Of a DNA stretch of 64,000 bases, positions 1-13,100 are shown piece by piece. The DNA is taken from positions 86,862,001 to 86,926,000 of the forward strand of contig OZ024741.1 of NCBI GenBank assembly GCA_964016885.1, in the 5' to 3' direction. The position numbers and the translations under genes are program-made. Below the pieces are notes generated by a model, which saw only the letters and a program-made list of their open reading frames with translations, did no database searches and was not told the DNA's origin. Within the stretch, counting starts at the first letter, position 1. Each line of letters opens with the position of its first letter. The stretch comes from Eledone cirrhosa. Its lineage: Eukaryota.

Positions 1-1860
1 GACGGTGAATCTTGGGAGTGTTTTAGTGGTGATAGTAGGGTGTGTGTGTAGAGGAGGGGGAGGGTAAATGTCAAAGGCTACAGGAAGAGTGGTGGGGAGT
101 TCAGACTGGGGGTGTGTGTGGGTCTGTAGGGTGAAGATGGTGTGCTGTTCGGCCCTAAGTTGGGTTGCGGGGCTCCATGGCATTTAATCAGGCCACACTT
201 GGCGGAGTGTCCAGGGCAACCAAAGTGGCGGGTGATGGAGGAACTCCCACCGAGACGAATATCTCGGAGGTGTTCCGTGAACCGATCCGCCAGGCGACGT
301 CGGTTCTGTCCGACATAGGTTGCGTTGCACTCCGTGCAGCGAAGTCCATAGACGAGGTTAGAAGAGGTGCAGCGGAAGGCATGCACATGAGAGAGTGGCC
401 GTTGAGACCCTGGAAGGTCGTGGTGTTGGTAATGTGGGGGCAGGTGTGGCAGCGGGGTCTGGAGCATGGAAGGGAACCGGGGGGGGGAGGGAGGGGAGCT
501 GCGGACGAGGAGGTTGCGGAGGTTGCGCGCGCGTTTTAAGGAGGGGAGGGATGGGGATGGAAAGATGTGGGAGGTGGAGGGGTCTGACTGGAGGCGTCGG
601 AATAGCCGGTGGATGGAGGAGTGGTAGGTGAGGGGGAGGGGAGACGGTGGGTGGGGATGCGGGGCGTGCGGTGAGGGCGGTGGAGCGGCGGGCTGCGCGG
701 GCCTGGGTGAGGGTCGTGTGGACAAGGGGGGAGGAGGAGGAGGAGGAGGAGGAGTAACCTCTCCGGATGAAATGGCTGACCAGAGACAGGGCCTGAGTCT
801 CGCAGTCAGCATCTCAGCTGCAGTGGCGGCGGATCCGGAGGAGTTGGGAGTAGGTAATGGAGTGTTTGGTGTGTGGAGGAGGTGAAGTCGAGGTAGGAGT
901 AGGAGTTGGTGGGTTTGAAGAAGGCGGAGGTGACGAAGGAGCGGTGGGAGAGGTCGATGGAGACGGAGATATCCAAGAAGTGGACGTGGGTGGTGGAGAT
1001 AGAGGTGGTGAAGTGGAGGGAGGGGTAGAAGGAGCAGAAGAAGGAGAGAAAGGAGTGGAGCTGTTCTCGGGTGAGGGCCGTGGCTCAGATGCAGTCGTCG
1101 ATGTACTGACCGTACAGTTCGGGCGTGGGGCCGGTGTATTGGTTAAAGATTTGGGCCTCAACATGGCCAACGAAAACTTTGGCATAGTTTTACCATTCCA
1201 GTGACCTGCTGGTAAAATTCACCCCAAAAGGAGAAGCAGTTAAGGGTGAGGACCAGCTCAGCGAGGCGGAGGAGGGTGGATGTGGAGATGACGGGGGAGG
1301 GGTGAATGTCGAGGTAGTGCTGGAGGGCGCGTAGGCCGTCGGCGTGGGGGATGGCGGTGTAAAGGGACTTAATGTCTAGGGTAAAGAGGAGGGGATGTGG
1401 GCCGGGTGGGAAGGTGAGGGAGTCAAAAAGGCGAAGGGCGTGGTTGGTGTCGGAGATGTGGGACGGGAGGGAGGTGACGAGGGGGGCGAGGATGGAGTCG
1501 AGAAAGGCGGAGATGAGTTCGAGGGGCAGTTGCAGGCGGATACAATGGGGCGGTGCCGGGGTTGTCGGGTTTGTGGATCTTGGGGAGGAAGTAGATAGTG
1601 GTGGTGCGGGGGTGCGGACGATGAGGTGGGAGGCGGTGGGCGGGAGGAGGGAGACGAGACGAGGTGTTGGATGGTGGGGGAAACTTGTTGTTGGTAGAGG
1701 GAGTGGGGTCGGAAGGTAGGGGGAGGTAGAAGAGGAGTTGTGGAGCTGCCTGAGGGCTTCGGTCGTGTAGAGGTCGGCGCTCCACACCACCACACCATCA
1801 CAGCGCCTCCGGTTTGATGACGATGTCGTCGCGGTTACGGAGGGAGCGGAGAGCGAGTAG
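1..1860 (-). mobile_element. Penelope-like retroelement (RT + C-terminal GIY-YIG), 5'-truncated and frameshifted
   Basis: ORF pieces contain IYFLPKIHK, LFTLDIKSLYTAIPH, FYQQVTG and QYIDDCI (alternative frame near 1100). The GIY-YIG part reads NLVYGLRCTECNATYVGQ...RFTEH and ends LNSPPLFL*. Confidence 0.9.
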
Positions 1861-1896
1861 TTCGACCCGTGAGATGTTATACCGTTTGGATATATA

Positions 1897-1899
1897 TGT

Positions 1900-1974
<75 letters not shown>
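1897..1974. repeat. (TG)n microsatellite
   Basis: Seen directly. Confidence 0.95.
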
Positions 1975-1975
<1 letters not shown>

Positions 1976-3569
1976 CCTCCTCATCAGCCACTTTCGTGCA
2001 ATACAATTTTGTGCACACGGGTAGTATTGCATAATATTAGTCCCAGATTGCACGACGGCTTAGAACAAGCCGGCAGAATGAGGCATATGAGATAATGCAA
2101 CAGCATAAAGACAAAGGATAACAAGTGAGTATCTTTCTACTATGACAGAAAATCGAGTACATAAGCAAATAACAATAAAAAAGTATTACGAATGGAAACA
2201 AGGCAGGATACAGTACAGACAGGTAATGCCGGAAGGAGGGAAATATAAATTGACTTTCGTAAAAAAAGATGAGAGAGTGTGTGTATGCGTGTATGTAAGG
2301 GAGAGTTGTCACGCTGGTAAGTAAGCAGTTAGTTCATCAAAGAAGAAGAGTACAGTGCCACAGCAGTAATAAATAGCAAAGTTGCATAAAAAAACAAAAC
2401 AAACTAACATAACAACTTAATTAATCTTTAGCCGGTCAAGTTGGCACAACAGGCAAGTATTTCATACACATAAAAGCATTTAAGTTTTTAGCTTATTCTT
2501 GTCAAAGTCTTGGTTGTCCATCGTAAACGATAATGACATCTTCATTGTTGTTCCCATCTGCCGTGGGCGCGAAGGTGGCTGTGGAGGCCGATCCTTGACT
2601 TGCAGGTCCGGGGACACCTGTTACCTCCGCCTCTCGCCCATCGCCGCAGGGCTTTCGGAATGTACGCTAAAGAAGAAACCTGTGCGGGAAAGATTTATAG
2701 TGGGAGGGCCAGTCCACAGTAACGGTCCCACTCACTCGGCCGCAGAAGCCAGAATCCGGTGGTACGAAGGACCGTCACAACCAGGGACTTCCTTGGCTGC
2801 AGTGGATGGCCACGAGGTCTGTAGTGCCTTGCCGTCCTCTAGCGCTCCACACCGCTTGCTGTCGCTGCTTTCGTGACCGTTGGGACGATGTTGTCCTCCT
2901 CCACTCACTCCACCGGGTCCAGTCTTCGCATGCAGGAGTAGGGATTCCCTATCTAACTCACCGGGGAGGAGGGGGGGGGGGGGTTCGGACCCGTCAGGAT
3001 ACTCTTAACCTGGTTCGGCCCGCCAACCAAAGCGGTTTACCGGGGTGTGGCCGCTGTCGCATCAGCTTCTTGGGGCCACAGGAGAGAGCTGAGTGTCAGG
3101 TGGGACCCAATATAGGACGAGCTGTTCTGAAAAGGGCATGGCTAGCCCCCCCCCCCCTACAGAGGTACATTCCCCTCCCTGACACCCCAGGCATATACAC
3201 ACGCATATACATACACATACATATGTACATGTGTATATACATATTTAGACATTTTTGGATGGCCGTTGACTCTTATGAGTTCTTCCGCCCTTCGTCAGGT
3301 TTTGTTTTTTGTCCTGCAGGGTGTCCAAAATCACTCTCTTCACCAAGTAACCAAGTAAACTTGATGGGGGTGCCAGTTTAGTCACCGACGACCCGACCAT
3401 GCGACGGGTTGTACTGGTTTACATGTTACCAGTAGCACTCAAGAGTGACCTTCTTGTCAAAGTACTGGGTGAGTAAATGTCACAGTTGACTAAAATTTAC
3501 GTCTCTGACATTCTTACCAACTTCTAAAATAGCAACAGCATGATCACAGCTTAACATATTCCTAGTAAG

Positions 3570-3570
<1 letters not shown>

Positions 3571-3600
<30 letters not shown>

Positions 3601-4811
3601 CTTCTTCTTCTTCTTCTTCTTCTTCTTCTTCTTCTTCTCTTTCCCCCTTCATTTCTTCCTCCCCTCCCTTCCCTTCCTCTCCTTCCTTACCTTCTCCCTT
3701 TCCTTCCCATCCTCCCTTTACTCTCATTCATTCCTCCCTTCCCCACCTTCCTTCCATTCCTTCTCCCCACTTCCTCCTTACTCTCCTTACTCTCCCCTTC
3801 TCCTTGCTCTCCTTTTCTCCTCCTCTACTTCCTCCATTTCCACACCTTCCTCTTCTCCCCGTCCCCCTTCCTCCTCTTCCTCTCTTGTCTTCCCATCCTC
3901 TCCTTACTCTCTTTACTTTCCTTGTACTTCTTTCCTCCTTTCCTCCTTGCTCTCATATTTCCCCTTGCTCTCCTATTTCTCCTTACTCTCCTTTCCTCCT
4001 TGCTCTCCTATTTCTACTTACTCTCCTTTCCTCCTTGCTCTCCCATTTCTCATTGCTCTCCTATCCCTCTTGCTGTCCATTTCTCATTGATTTCCCTTTC
4101 ACCGTACTCACGTTACTATCCTTGCTCTCCATTTCCCCTTCCTCCACTTCCTCCTCTTCCTCCCCTTTCTCTCCTTTCTCCCCTTCCTGTCATTTCTCCC
4201 CTTCCTTTTCTTCCCCCTTCCTCACCTTCCTGCCCTTCCCCCTTCTCATTCCTCCCATTTCTTTCTACTTCTTTGCCTTTCTTACTTTCTCTTTCCTCCT
4301 CTTTCCCTCTCTTACACGCTCTCCCCCTTTCCCCTGTTTCCCCCTCCTACTCCGCTCTTCCTCTCTTTCTCCTTCTTACACATCCACATTCTTCCTTTCT
4401 CCTTCTTTATCTTTCTTCCCTCCTCTTTCCCATTCTTTCTCCTACTTTCCCCTTCCCTTCTCTTTCCTCTTCTTTCCCCCCTCTCCTACTATTTCCTCCT
4501 TCTTTCTAAACACTTTTACCTGCTTTCTTCTCCCGCTTTTCATGCTCTCTTTTTCTCCTTAATCTTCTCACTAACATTTCTCTCCTTGCTCTCCTATTTC
4601 TCCTTGCTTTTCTCTTCTCCTTACTCTCTCCCTGCTCTCCTTTTTATCCCTCTTCTTTTTACTTTACTTATTCGCCTTGCTCTTCTTTTTTTCCTTACTT
4701 CTCTTACTCTCCTTGCTCTCGTTTTCACCGTATTCTCTTTATTCTCCTTGCTCTATTATTTCTACTGGCTCTCATTTTCTCCTTACTCACCTTTTCTACT
4801 TACTCTCCTTT
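3571..4811. repeat. (TTC)n followed by about 1.2 kb of polypyrimidine low-complexity sequence
   Basis: Almost only C/T, with degenerate ctccttgctct units. The ORFs here are compositional artefacts. Confidence 0.9.
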
Positions 4812-4924
4812 CCAGAGATCCAGGACACCCGGTTCACACGAGTCAGCTAGAAAATGCCTTATTTGAGGCTTTTAGCATCTCGAGTTGGCTTTATCTTCCC
4901 CACCGGCCCTGCCACATTTAATTG

Positions 4925-5345
4925 CTCTTGTGACCTAAGCGTCCGAGAGATTAGTCACCGCTCCCAGATGCAGCTCGCGTACATCAAAAGACGCTGTTGT
5001 TATCGTGTTTAGGTATTCTTTCCACTTCGCGAGGATGCACCTCTCTGAAGAGAGGAGAACACCAGACACGTTCCTTATAACAGGAGGACTTCTTATTACG
5101 AAGTCGGCGGATGGTTTGTACTTATTCCACAAACACTGGCGATGGGCCTGCGACCTGTCCTGGGAGAGGCTGGATGGATGCACAAAGATTGCGTATCCTG
5201 AAACCCCAAAGAGGATTCGGAAGGGAGCAAACCTTGACAATTGGAACCTAGAACATCACAACTCTTACAGGTAAGGAACAGGAACTAGTGGATGAGGCTA
5301 GATGCTACATGATAGATATAATCGAGGTTTTCTCAACAAAGTTTC
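4925..5345. mobile_element. Rearranged RTE LINE fragments (minus-strand piece joined to a plus-strand piece)
   Basis: 4925-5120 resembles 28665-28850. About 5190-5345 resembles the reverse complement of 29890-30050 (endonuclease start). Confidence 0.75.
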
Positions 5346-5723
5346 GAGATTCAATGTCTACATTTTCTATTTCTATATCAAACGGGGTAACAATCCAGTC
5401 AGGTACGTGCATTTTCTCCAGGTCCTCGAAACGCACTTTAAAGTCTTCCCATAAATTTTCAACGTGCTTTATATATATCTCCAAATCATAGTCTGCAATG
5501 TGTTCATCTTCTTCCAATTGCCGTAAGTTTGAAAAATATTTAATATCTTTATGTGCCAATGAAGATTTAAATAGCCCTATTTTGACTTAAAAGTTTATTA
5601 GTATTGCTCGGGCTTGAATAATTGAAACTTCTTTACTTTATTTCGATCGACCCCTGGCATTTATCGACCCCTTGAAGAGCCCCATCGACACCCATGGGTC
5701 GATATCGACCATTTGGACCCCTG
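5346..5723 (-). mobile_element. hAT (Charlie/SPIN-like) DNA transposon remnant, internally deleted
   Basis: The minus strand begins CAGGGG at 5723. Peptide HVENLWEDFKVRFEDL...WIVTPFDIE resembles GTF2IRD2/EPM2AIP1-type hAT transposases. Confidence 0.65.
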
Positions 5724-5994
5724 AATTAGAAATATCTATGTGATGTGGAAAACACATTTGCTCAACTGAATTTATGATGGCCGCTATATTAAATATGCTA
5801 ACACTAATATAATTAGCCAAACTGGATACACCAATAATTATATTAGAGTTGTATCCAGTTTGGCTGCCATATTGTTTTCCTTTTTACAGAGAGATTTTGG
5901 TAGTAAATGGTGTTAATGAAGTTTGCAAACCAAGATAGTTGTAATAAAATCCAGAGGTGAGATTAAATAACTCGTATAACCCATTTGATACCAA

Positions 5995-6375
5995 ACTACT
6001 CGAAACTGTCCTTGGTTCTACAATACAAACCCGCTTGTTTTAAAAAGTTTATCTTTATATTTATCTCAAAGCCTTCCATCATAATTTTATATTTTTAAAG
6101 TTGTTTCAAACACCAACTTAATAACGAGAAAGTTAGTTATATTACTAAATCCCTCCAAGTTTTTTTTAATTATTATTTTCAAAATGATTTGTAAACCGTT
6201 TCTGGTTCTACAATACAAAGCTGTTTATTTTAAAGTGTTTATATTTATCTAAAAACCTTCCATCATAATCTTATGTAAGAACCTTTGTTAAATTATGTTT
6301 CAAGCACCAGTTCAATAATGAAGAAGTTAGTTATATTACTAAATCCCTCAAATTTCTTGATGATTTGTAAACCAT
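5995..6375. repeat. Degenerate tandem duplication, unit about 190 bp
   Basis: tggttctacaatacaaa occurs at about 6013 and 6203; aagttagttatattactaaatccctc occurs twice. Confidence 0.75.
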
Positions 6376-6673
6376 AGGTCGTGTCTTCTCATAGCAATAT
6401 TGCAACGAAAGGTATAAAAAAGTTGCTATAGAATTTAGATGTAGGACTAAAATAACTATAAACATAAATGCAATCCAAGGGCGTTTAGCAACAAGTGTGT
6501 AAAAATAGAAGCATATTGCACGCATAATTATATTTTGTTTTTGACTCACATTTTGAAAGTATTCGAAGGACAAAAAGTTAATATGATTAAGGAAACAACA
6601 TTTTTTTAAAGCTTGGGAAACTTTTATAATAAACAGGTTTGAAACCCCCCGCGCACGCACGCGCACGCACGCA

Positions 6674-6791
<118 letters not shown>

Positions 6792-7549
6792 TGTGTGTGT
6801 ATATATATATATATATATAAATTAAAAATTCAAGGGTAAGATTTTGTCTAGACAAATGTACACATTTGTACGATTATACAGGCGCAATGGTATAAGAGGA
6901 TCTGAGATAAAGATGCTATAAGATCAATTCTTACCATTAATATATATATATATACGTAGTTGCATTGCCATTAATTTTTATGTTACTGCTTCTAAAGAAT
7001 TCTTTTAAAATTTATATTAGTAGAGCTGACTTTAGGTTCTAATAGTGATTACCTGTAACACTTTGATTAACCTATACAATGTGATTAATTACTTTACGTA
7101 TTAATCAATATTTTAATATATATCTCTCTATCTAAAATTCTTTGTCTTTCTCTATCTGTCTGTATTTTCCTTATGTATTCCCAAACGGCTCGTCCAAATC
7201 AAATCAAATTTTACAAGGTAATAGTATGACTCCGGGAGCGACAACATATCATTTTTATTTTCATTTGGATTAAAACAATATAACACTTTATCTAAAATAA
7301 TCTACAACAATATTTTATAACTCGACAACGACGTCACATTTTGTATATGAGTGTGTATGTGTCTGTGAGTGTGTGTCTTTGCACGTTCGTTGCGTACGTT
7401 ACGCCTTAGTAAGTTACATACACACACACATCTTCACGTAAATACTTAATCAGATACACAAAGAATTAAAAGCACCATTCGGACGCTGGTTTACACACAC
7501 ACGCACACATACACACACGCGCACGCACGCGCTCACACACACACACTCA

Positions 7550-7584
<35 letters not shown>

Positions 7585-7639
7585 TTATATACAACTATCT
7601 ACATCTCTATATCTATATATAATATGAAATGTTGGAACT

Positions 7640-7925
7640 TCCATCATCCTTTTGAGAAACATGGACCCACTACTTCTATGCAATGGCACACACTTTACAG
7701 CTAGGAGGATGATGAACCATCTCCTAAAGGTTACTATTCTTGGTGACAATCATCAAGGAGAAAATGCATTTATTTCCAAGATTCCTCTTATCGCTTCCTC
7801 TACCAAGCTGCCATTCAAATTCTCAAGACTTCAGTTCCCTGTTGGAGCCAGTTTTGCTAGGACCGTACATAAAACTCAGGCTCAGAGTTTCAAAGTTATA
7901 GAATTGAATACAAGAGAATCGCTAT
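7640..7925 (+). mobile_element. Helitron Pif1-like helicase fragment
   Basis: LRNMDPLLLCNGT...RLQFPVGASFARTVHKTQAQSF matches the Helitron helicase C-terminal motif pattern LRNL..LCNGT...RQFP...FAMTINKSQGQ. Confidence 0.85.
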
Positions 7926-7939
7926 ATACATATATATAA

Positions 7940-8547
7940 TAATTGTTTCTACTTTTGGCACAAGGCCAGCAATTACCCAGTACATTACTGGTACTTTATT
8001 TTATCGACCCCGTAAGGATGAAAGGCAAAGTAAACCTCGGCGGGATTTGAACTCAGATATATAATAATAATTGTTTCTACTTTAGGCACAAGGCCAGCAA
8101 TTACCCAGGGCATTACTGGTACTTTATTATATATAATAATAATGGTTTCTTATATCGGCACAAGGCCATTATATTTTGGGGGAGGGGGAAGTCGATTAAA
8201 TCGACCCCAGTGCATGACTGGTACTTTATTTTATCGACCCCGTAAGGATGAAAGGCTAAGTTAACCTCGGCGGGATTTGACCTCAGATCATAAAGGGCCA
8301 TAACTCTATGCTGCAAAGCATGGTGTCTGACCCTCTACCGATATTGCCAATCCACCACCCTCATATATATAATAATTGTTTCTACTTTTTGGCACAAGGC
8401 CAGCCATTATCCAGTGCATTACTGGTAGTTTATTTTATCGACCCCGTAAGGATGAAAGGCAAAGTTAATCTCGGCGGGATTTGAACTCAGAATGGCAAGG
8501 GCCGTAACTCTATGCTGGAAAGCATAGAGTTACGGCCCTTGCCATTC
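7940..8547 (-). mobile_element. Cluster of 4 full or partial tRNA-derived SINE copies (Meta-domain-like family)
   Basis: Repeated reverse complement of gagttcaaatcccgccgaggttaactttgcctttcatccttacggggtcgataaaataaagtaccag, which includes a B-box-like GTTCAAATCC. Confidence 0.85.
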
Positions 8548-8549
8548 CT

Positions 8550-8992
8550 CGATGAAGTAGGAAAAATGCAGGTTTTCACCTAATGCGGGCCCTAGGGGAT
8601 CAAGAAAATGAATTTTTTTTATGTACATAATATGCCTTGAAATTTCGGGAAAATCGGCTAGACGTAACGCCTGAAAAAAGCCATAAAAAGCTGAAAAAAT
8701 GAAGTTTTTAACCTAATGCGGGCCCTAGGCCATAAAAAAGTTGGATTTTCTTTGCTCACGGTATGAAGAAGAGACTGACTAATATATAGTTACAATTTCA
8801 AGGAAATCGGTGTGACGTAACATCTCAAAAGACCCCTAAAATGCTGAAAAAAACCGCAGTTTTTCACCAAATGCGAGCCCTAGAAGATCAAAAAGTTGAA
8901 TTTTATGTGCATAACACTCCCTGAAATATAAGTAATACACATGTATAGTTTGAAAAAAATCGGGTGGGTACTTCTGAGTTTTGGGATTCAAA

Positions 8993-9078
<86 letters not shown>

Positions 9079-9100
9079 TCCTCAGTTTTATATATATAGA
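8550..9100 (-). mobile_element. Probable non-autonomous Helitron 5' part with three internal repeats
   Basis: The minus strand starts TCTATATATATAAAA then (TG)n. A tttttcacctaatgcgggccctag-like unit recurs at about 8570, 8705 and 8860. Confidence 0.5.
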
Positions 9101-9221
9101 TAATGAAAATTATTGTGTACAGTACTCAGGTGCACTTCAACTCATCAAATCGTATGTATAGTACATAGAATAATGAACAAGTTAAAAAGTGAATGAGTGT
9201 ATGAGTCAAGATACACGCGCG

Positions 9222-9289
<68 letters not shown>

Positions 9290-9309
9290 CGTGTGTGTGT
9301 ATGGAAGGG

Positions 9310-9421
9310 GAATATCAGGTGTAATGTTGCTGAATTTCTGGAAGCATGAAAGTTTTGAAGGATGCAGTGTCTCGACAGCTAACAACTGATGCAGGTAGTT
9401 TGTTCCATGCTTAAGCAACTC
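9310..9421 (-). mobile_element. CR1/L2-like LINE C-terminal remnant
   Basis: Minus-strand translation AWNKLPASVVSCRDTASFK resembles the WNxLP...SFK end motif of these LINEs. Confidence 0.55.
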
Positions 9422-10013
9422 TGAATATATATATACTTTGTCTCTTCCTCGATGATACATTCCTTTTAATATCTCAAACACTAACTCTTCTTCAAGTAAC
9501 AACTATTTTTGTGAACTGTAACAACAACAAAGCTGACCATAGCGGTAATTATCACATGATCTACATGACAGGTCCAATGTGTCCGAACACAGAAGAGCCG
9601 AACTCCCACTGTCATCACCTTCATCTCTTTCGCCTTCCCCATCTCTCTGTATTGTGAGCAAATTGGGTTCCACGTGCTGGTTGTCCCACAGACCCGGCGG
9701 ACAGAATGGAGAAGGCGTTTCCCCGGAGAATGGTAAGGGAGATGCGCTAGTTCTCTTTTGCAGTTTCCCTACCATCATATCACATATTCTGTGACCCCTT
9801 CTCTCTCATTCCCTCAATTTATTCGCTTTTACCTTTTATTTCTCCCCTCCTCCCTGACTCAGACCTCTCTCCTACTCTCTGCGCATATACATCACCTACA
9901 TATTCTTTCCCGTCACCACACTCTTTCTGTTTCTCACTTTCTCTCTCACCTGCTCTCTCTCAACTGATACTCCACTTTAATATTTTTTACTTCTCTATCT
10001 CATCCACGTTCCA

Positions 10014-10121
10014 AATTGCATTTGTGATAATATTTTACACGTTTTTATTGTATGTAAACTTCCCCCTTTGTATTTGTCCCCTTCTTTTGTGCCCCTGTGG
10101 CTAATAAAGAAACATATCTAT
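10014..10121 (+). mobile_element. 3'-terminal 108-bp fragment of a Tx1-like LINE
   Basis: Nearly identical to 14505-14612, including AATAAA and the ATCTAT end. Confidence 0.9.
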
Positions 10122-13100
10122 TCCCAACAACAACAACAACACGCAAACACAACCAAAACAAGAACAACAAACCAACCTGCAAGCACAGTCCCACTCAACC
10201 CCACTCCATCTAAAACCACTGCAAAAACACCCACAAACACAACAGCTCCCCAAAACATACCCCTTCCAAATAACACAGACCACAACGGACGAGGCCCCCA
10301 CATCATCACCAAGTGATGATGAGGGAGAGCCTCTCCGTTCGAAAAGAAAGACGAAAAGACACCACAAGAACAAAAAAACAACAAACATCACTACAAACAT
10401 ACAACCACCAACACAAACAACACAAACATTACAAACAAAAACCCCCCGTCCCGTAACAAAACCACGACATCACTCCAAACACAAATACTTACAACAAAAC
10501 GAAAGCTCCCACAAGAACAACAGACACAAACCACCGCAACACAACAAGAACATGACACATACATAAACAGTAAAAACAAAACTTTAATGGAGGTCATCTC
10601 CAACGACCCTTCGGTGAAAACCGAAGGGAAAACCTTTTCGAACTGTGTAGACAAACCTAATTTAAAGATGATTAGGGTCCCTACGGACACCTATAAATCT
10701 TTAAAGGAAAACTTTCCTAAGGACGTGGGTAATCCTTGTGTTAAACCCATTAACCACGTCCTTTTAAAAAGTTTCCCCACCCTCACCCCAGACACCCCCA
10801 CCCCACCAAACATCTCCGTCCCCACCCCGCCGGAAACCACCACCCACCCAGACAACTCCTCTAACACCCCATGGAACCCGTGCGGCCTGATCCCCGGGAG
10901 ACGAAGAGGTGAGTGTTTTCTTCTCCTCTTTTAACTTTTCAGAACCAACATGGCCAATATAAGAGTTGGGTGTGTGAATGTACGCGGCCTGGGGATGCCC
11001 TGGAAACAGGGCAAACTATTAAACGACCTCAGGTCGCACAGTATGGATGTAGTAGCCATTTGCGAGTCCAGGATCCACAGCGAGCGACAGCTGGCCCCCA
11101 TCTTCGATGACTTTGAGATCTACGCATCTCTCTGTCAGCCGGGGGGTGGGGGCGGGGTTGCTGTTTTGCTGCGGAAATACCTGGGCCTCGTAACACAGAC
11201 GGTACATCTTGTCCCGGAGGGTCGACTGGTGGTCCTAGACGTTGGCGGTAGTGAAGGTGGAGCCTTCAGGCTGGTGGCCGCATATGCCCCATCCGGGACA
11301 CCGCGGCCAGACTTCTTCAAACGTCTAGAGACTTTTCTGGGAACGTCCCGCTCCTTGCTTTTAGTGGGGGACTGGAATGGAATCCTAGATGCACGTTGGG
11401 ACTATGTAGGAGCATGTCCCGATAAAGGTGGGGTGTAACATCCTCAAACAGTTAATCGGCTGATTTGACCTGGCCGATAGATATCGACTAGATTTTCTGA
11501 CTGTGCCACTGTGGACGTGGACTAATCGTAGCGGAACATCTAGATCGTACCTAGATAGGGTTCTAGTTAGAAATAAGGATAGGGACATGTTAAGCTGTCC
11601 ACAAATGTTCATGGTTGCCTATTCAGATCAAAAACTAGTGACCTGCATGGTCAACCTTGATAGAACCCATAGACAAGGACCCGGCTACTGGAAGCTGAAT
11701 TTGTCGTTACCGACATGCAAAGCCTACAATAGACGGATTAGCACTTTAGTTAAACAGCACTTGACAGGGGCCATTGTCAACAACAGATGGTGGTACTCTC
11801 TCAAGAGGGCAGTTAGATTAGACTCGTTAGTTTTTAGTAAAGAATTAGCGTTAGATAGAAATAGAACCGAGAAAGAACTGGTAGATAAAGTAGAAGAGGC
11901 AATTAGAAGTGGCAACGTAGCCAGCGTGCTAGCAACGAGAACGGCCTTGGACCAGTTCTTCGACGCAAAGCATGAGGGCTGCGTTGTCAGAAGCAAAATA
12001 CGTGCTCTGGGAAACGAGGGAGCCAAAACTGTTAGCTGGGCCCGAGTGACGGAGGCAAAAAGTGGCAACAAGTCCACGATTCGGTCTTTGAAGGACCAAA
12101 ACGGACGCGTGATACATGAGCCGAAGCAGATGTGTGCGGCCTTTCAGCGGCACTTTGCTCAGCTGTTCGGGCAGGGCGGCGCGCCGGGAGGGTCTATGGA
12201 TTTCGGTCCATACCGCGACGGCCTACCGCGACTCTCGGACAGCGAGGCAAAGTTCTGCGAAAAGCCGATTTCAGCCGCTGAGATAGGGGACGCGTTGAGC
12301 CAATGCGGTAAACGCAAATCTCCAGGTCTCGACGGTCTACCCTACGAATTTTACGTAGCAATGCCGGACTTATTATCCGGTCTCCTGGAAGCGGTCTACT
12401 GCAACTGGCAACAGAACGGGAGAATTCCCAGTTCTGTGACCGGGGGCGTAGTCACACTAGTCAGGAAGGACGAGAATAAGGGGGATGACATAGGAAACTT
12501 CCGGCCCATAACTCTGCTAAACACAGTTACAGATTTTGGCCAAGGTTTTGGCAAAGAGGCTGGCGCTTGTCGTCGAGAACCTGGTGGGAGAAGCGCAGAC
12601 ATGCGCAATCCCGACCAGGTCCATACACGACAACCTCCACCTCATGCGATACATCATAGAGAGGGTAGGGTGTAAACCCAGCTTCGGTGGGGCCCTGATC
12701 AACTTGGATCAGTCTAAGGATTTCGATAGGGTTGACCATCGTTACCTGGATGCGGTGCTCGAAGCGGCAGGCTTCGGACCCGTGTTCAGGGGCTGGATTG
12801 CTGCAATGCATAACAGCAACATCTGCTCAAGGGTCAAGGTGAACGGCTACCTCTCGGAGCCGTTCCATATCACGCGATCCATTCGACAGAGATGCCCTCT
12901 CTCCTCCCTTCTGTACGTGTTGACTCTCGAGCCACTACTGCGGAAGTTGGAGCTATTGCAGGGCATCCCTCTGGAACCGGGACTGCGGAAAGCGGCGTCG
13001 GCCTACGCCGACGACGTGACAGTAATGGTGTGGAGCGCCTCGCAAATCGAGGAAGTCGGCACCTTACTGAAGGAATACGAAAGTCTCACAGGAGCGAAGC

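Noticed and set aside
1975-2046. Minus-strand TGCAATAC/GTATTGCA stem + GAAAG followed by CTGATGA
   Set aside because: The halves are in an order and context that do not give a closed hammerhead, and the 5' core is too degenerate.
2499-3381. GC-rich segment with 125- and 191-aa ORFs
   Set aside because: No recognisable motifs. Probably part of an unidentified repeat that I cannot classify by eye.
3804-4921. Long hydrophobic ORFs
   Set aside because: Translations of a polypyrimidine tract.
5890-5956. Exon-like segment (tttttacAG...GTGAGA), considered as an exon of the + paralogue
   Set aside because: Stops in all three frames and no cholinesterase similarity.
7940-8900. Regularly spaced repeats as a CRISPR-like array
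   Set aside because: They are SINE copies and internal repeats of a probable Helitron in a eukaryotic context, with no cas genes.
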